64,000 bases of DNA from contig JAPLXZ010000011.1 in assembly GCA_026395815.1 (NCBI GenBank), positions 1,638 through 65,637 of the forward strand. Direction: 5' to 3'. Positions 61,201 through 64,000 of this stretch are shown here, in pieces. How positions within the stretch are numbered: position 1 is the first letter of the stretch; each line of letters starts with the position of its first letter. Below the pieces are notes generated by a model. It did no database searches. It had not been told where the DNA came from and saw nothing but the letters and a program-made list of their open reading frames with translations. This stretch comes from Candidatus Pacearchaeota archaeon (GTDB taxonomy: Archaea > Nanobdellota > Nanobdellia > Pacearchaeales > GW2011-AR1). Made by a program: the position numbers and the translations under genes.

Positions 61201-63649
61201 ATTCAATATAAATCGCGGGTTTTCCTGGCTTTGCTTTTTTTGCTTTTCCATTGGGGTCATGTTTTTCCTTGTCATTAACAGCATAAACAAACACATTCAA
61301 ACCAGTTTTTTTCTTAATCAAATCTGATTCATTAGAATAAAGTAATTTTTCATTCGGAAGAACATAAACAAACACTTTTTCCTTTTTCTCTCCAACAATC
61401 CGTAATATATTGTTTATGTCGTCAATAAGGTTTTCAATAGCCTTTTCCTGCTGTTCAAATCTCTCATCTATTTTTGTGTTATCAAATTCAGGCCAACTCT
61501 CTAAACTAATAAATCCCCTGTTTCCAAACTTTTCCCATAACTCTTCTGTAATATGTGGACAGAAAGGAGAAATTAATTTTAAAAAGATTTCGGCATCTTT
61601 TTTAGAAACTTCTTTTTCAGAGATTAAATCTTCCAAAAGGCTTTTTATTCTTATTATAGCTAAATTATATTTTAAATTCTCTATATTTTCTGTAATTTCT
61701 TTTATTGACTTATTTATTTTGCTTTCAATTTTCGAAGAAGATTTTCCTATTTTTAAGTGTTTATAGAAATCTATTATTTTTTTTATGCTCTTATGCATGC
61801 TCTCAATTCCGGAGTTGTTCCAAGAATAATCGCTATCGGGACTTGCTATAGAAACTAAAAAGATTCTTAACGTATCTGCACTATATTCTTTAATAATATT
61901 AAGTGGGTCAATAACATTTCCTCTTGATTTTGACATCACAAATCCATCTTCTCCATGAACCATCCCCTGATTGAAAAGATTAAAAGTTGGTTCATCCAGA
62001 TTTATTAAACCTAAGTCTCTCAAAAATTTTGTATAAAATCTGAAATAAATCAAATGCATGCAGGCATGTTCTGCTCCCCCAATATATTTGTCTATCGGAT
62101 TCCAATACTCTGCTTTTTCTGTATCAAATATCTTCTTATTGTTTTTTGGATCAGTATATCTAAAAAAATACCACGAAGAATTAACAAAAGTATCCATAGT
62201 GTCTGTTTCTCTTCTTCCTTTTTTTCCACATTTAGGACATCTTGTTTCAACAAAAGGTTTGTAATCAATCAAAGGATTTTTTTCGCTTGTAAACTTTATA
62301 TTTTCAGGAAGTTTGACGGGCAAATCTTTTTCAAGGACAGGAACAATTCCACATTTCTCACAATAAATAATGGGTATTGGGGTTCCCCAAAATCTCTGTC
62401 TTGATATAAGCCAGTCTCTTAATTTGTAATTGACAACACGCTTTCCTATTTTCTTTTTTTCTAAATACTTAGTTATTTCATTTATTGCTTGGTGATTATC
62501 TAATCCATCAAATTCTTTTGAATTAATCAATTTTCCATCTTCAGTATATGCCTCTTTTTTTACATTTCCACCTTTGATAACTTCTTTAACCGGAATTTTA
62601 TATTTCTTAGCAAAATCAAAATCCCGCGAATCGTGAGCAGGAACAGCCATAATCATCCCTGAGCCATAATCAGCGATTACAAAGTTTCCTGCATATATGG
62701 GGACTTTTTCTTTAGTCAAAGGATTTATAGCATAACTTCCTGTAAAAGCTCCTTCTTTTTCAAGTTCTGTAGCATCCTTTTCACTTGTAGATTTAATCTT
62801 TTTAAGAAATTCCTCAATTTCTTTTTTCTGTTTTTCTGTTACTAACTGCATAAGTTTAGGATGCTGTGCAGAAATAACCATAAAGGTTACTCCATAAATA
62901 GTATCTGGGCGGGTTGTAAATATGGGCCACTTTTCTCCATTAATCTCAAATAATATTTCAGTACCATAACTCTTTCCAATCCAATTTCTCTGCATTGCTT
63001 TTATTCTTTCAGGCCAATTCTTCAACTTGTTAATATCTTCATAAAGTTCATTTGCATAATTTGTAATTTTAAAAAACCACTGTTCAAGATGTTTGATTTC
63101 AACATCAGTATCTTTGTGAATCCAGCATTTTCCATTATGAACTTGCTCATTAGCAAGAACTGTTCCACATTTTTGACACCAGTTTACAGGAGACTTTTTC
63201 TTATATGCCAGTCCTTTTTCAAGCATTTTCAAAAAAATCCATTGGTCCCACTTGTAATAATCAGGATTATGAGCAGATACAACCCTGCTCCAATCATAAC
63301 TTATTCCCAAGGCTTTCTGTTGTTTTATAAAATTTGATATTGCATCTTCAGTGTATTTCTTAGGATGGGATTTATTTTTTATAGCCGCATTTTCTGCAGG
63401 CAATCCAAAAGAATCAAATCCCATTGGATGCAGAACATTGGACCCTTGCATTCTTTTGAATCTTGCAAGAATGTCTCCAACAACATAATTAAAAGCATGC
63501 CCAATATGAAGTCCAGAACCAGAAGGATAAGGCCACATTTCAAGAACATAATATTTTTTATTTTTGCTTTTTTCCTTAACTTCAAATATTTTTGCCTTTT
63601 CCCATGCTTTTTGCCATTTTTTTTCTATTTTATTAAAATTTAATTCCAT
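61199..63649 (-). CDS. leuS: Leucyl-tRNA synthetase (bacterial-like signature)
   Basis: MWPYPSGSGLHIGHAFNY (HIGH), HPMGFDSFGLPAENAAIK and VMSKSRGN (KMSKS). The ATG at 63649 (MELNFNKIEKKW) is preferred over the TTG at 63718. Confidence 0.93.
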   Translation of the reverse strand: MELNFNKIEKKWQKAWEKAKIFEVKEKSKNKKYYVLEMWPYPSGSGLHIGHAFNYVVGDILARFKRMQGSNVLHPMGFDSFGLPAENAAIKNKSHPKKYTEDAISNFIKQQKALGISYDWSRVVSAHNPDYYKWDQWIFLKMLEKGLAYKKKSPVNWCQKCGTVLANEQVHNGKCWIHKDTDVEIKHLEQWFFKITNYANELYEDINKLKNWPERIKAMQRNWIGKSYGTEILFEINGEKWPIFTTRPDTIYGVTFMVISAQHPKLMQLVTEKQKKEIEEFLKKIKSTSEKDATELEKEGAFTGSYAINPLTKEKVPIYAGNFVIADYGSGMIMAVPAHDSRDFDFAKKYKIPVKEVIKGGNVKKEAYTEDGKLINSKEFDGLDNHQAINEITKYLEKKKIGKRVVNYKLRDWLISRQRFWGTPIPIIYCEKCGIVPVLEKDLPVKLPENIKFTSEKNPLIDYKPFVETRCPKCGKKGRRETDTMDTFVNSSWYFFRYTDPKNNKKIFDTEKAEYWNPIDKYIGGAEHACMHLIYFRFYTKFLRDLGLINLDEPTFNLFNQGMVHGEDGFVMSKSRGNVIDPLNIIKEYSADTLRIFLVSIASPDSDYSWNNSGIESMHKSIKKIIDFYKHLKIGKSSSKIESKINKSIKEITENIENLKYNLAIIRIKSLLEDLISEKEVSKKDAEIFLKLISPFCPHITEELWEKFGNRGFISLESWPEFDNTKIDERFEQQEKAIENLIDDINNILRIVGEKKEKVFVYVLPNEKLLYSNESDLIKKKTGLNVFVYAVNDKEKHDPNGKAKKAKPGKPAIYIE

Positions 63650-63671
63650 CACTATAAATCGTTTCAGTTGT

Positions 63672-63929
63672 TTAAATTGTTTTTGATTCAAGTGTCTTTT
63701 TAGAATAATGTTCTCCAACTCTCTTTGCTTGCCTTATTTCATACTGCTCAATATCATTCTTAATATCTCCTGACATCTCCAAATCAAATCTTCCACTGTT
63801 GAATAAATCCACTATAGCCTTCGTGCTCTTATTTTCTCCATATTTAAACCAGCCACTTAATTTGCTATCTGTTGGTTTCAACAATTGGTATCTTCCTTCA
63901 AAAATTTTAACTATCTTTCTTCTTTCCAT
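63672..63929 (-). CDS. Hypothetical protein
   Basis: ORF only. Ends 22 nt upstream of the preferred leuS start. Confidence 0.4.
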   Translation of the reverse strand: MERRKIVKIFEGRYQLLKPTDSKLSGWFKYGENKSTKAIVDLFNSGRFDLEMSGDIKNDIEQYEIRQAKRVGEHYSKKTLESKTI

Positions 63930-64000
63930 TTTAACAATACATTGTGTAAAGCATATTTTTAAATATTACTTTATTTTGAAGTATATATGGAAAAAATTAA

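Noticed and set aside
1-64000. CRISPR arrays, transposases, integrases, prophage, DGR/retron or known defence systems
   Set aside because: There are no evenly spaced direct repeats. No reverse transcriptase, Cas, integrase or transposase motifs appear in any ORF. The window is essentially core genome.

Overview
Strongly AT-rich, tightly packed archaeal chromosome segment. Archaeal markers present: TBP, TFE, MCM, ATP-dependent DNA ligase, aRF1, aIF1A, aIF2-beta, eL15, RpoL, NAC, Sec61-beta, GatDE and deoxyhypusine synthase. By inference it best fits a small-genome DPANN-type archaeon. Most of the window is core information processing: six aminoacyl-tRNA synthetases (Val, Met, Asp, Pro, Ala, Leu), both tRNA-dependent amidotransferases (GatCAB and GatDE), FtsZ, MinD, ScpB, RadB, an Nre-like protein, topoisomerase I, and four tRNAs, two of which carry introns. 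I saw no rRNA, CRISPR array, transposase, integrase or prophage. Several real-looking genes fall below the 60-aa cutoff of the ORF track: Sec61-beta, desulforedoxin and an RHH protein. Points most worth a second look: (1) an overlapping PIN-nuclease / RNA-ligase gene pair inserted between gatD and gatE; (2) a ~96-nt element in three copies, each ending at or just before a gene start, with a conserved 21-nt core; (3) a 478-nt hairpin-rich gap between two convergent genes; (4) an exact 40-nt hairpin repeat at two loci 32 kb apart; (5) an inverted 9-mer dyad around an AT-rich spacer next to mcm; (6) MetRS split from its tRNA-binding domain by a 1-nt frame offset, one frameshifted ORF and one KH gene with an in-frame TAA; (7) bacterial-type AlaRS and LeuRS side by side. 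All product calls come from motif recognition by eye; no searches were run.
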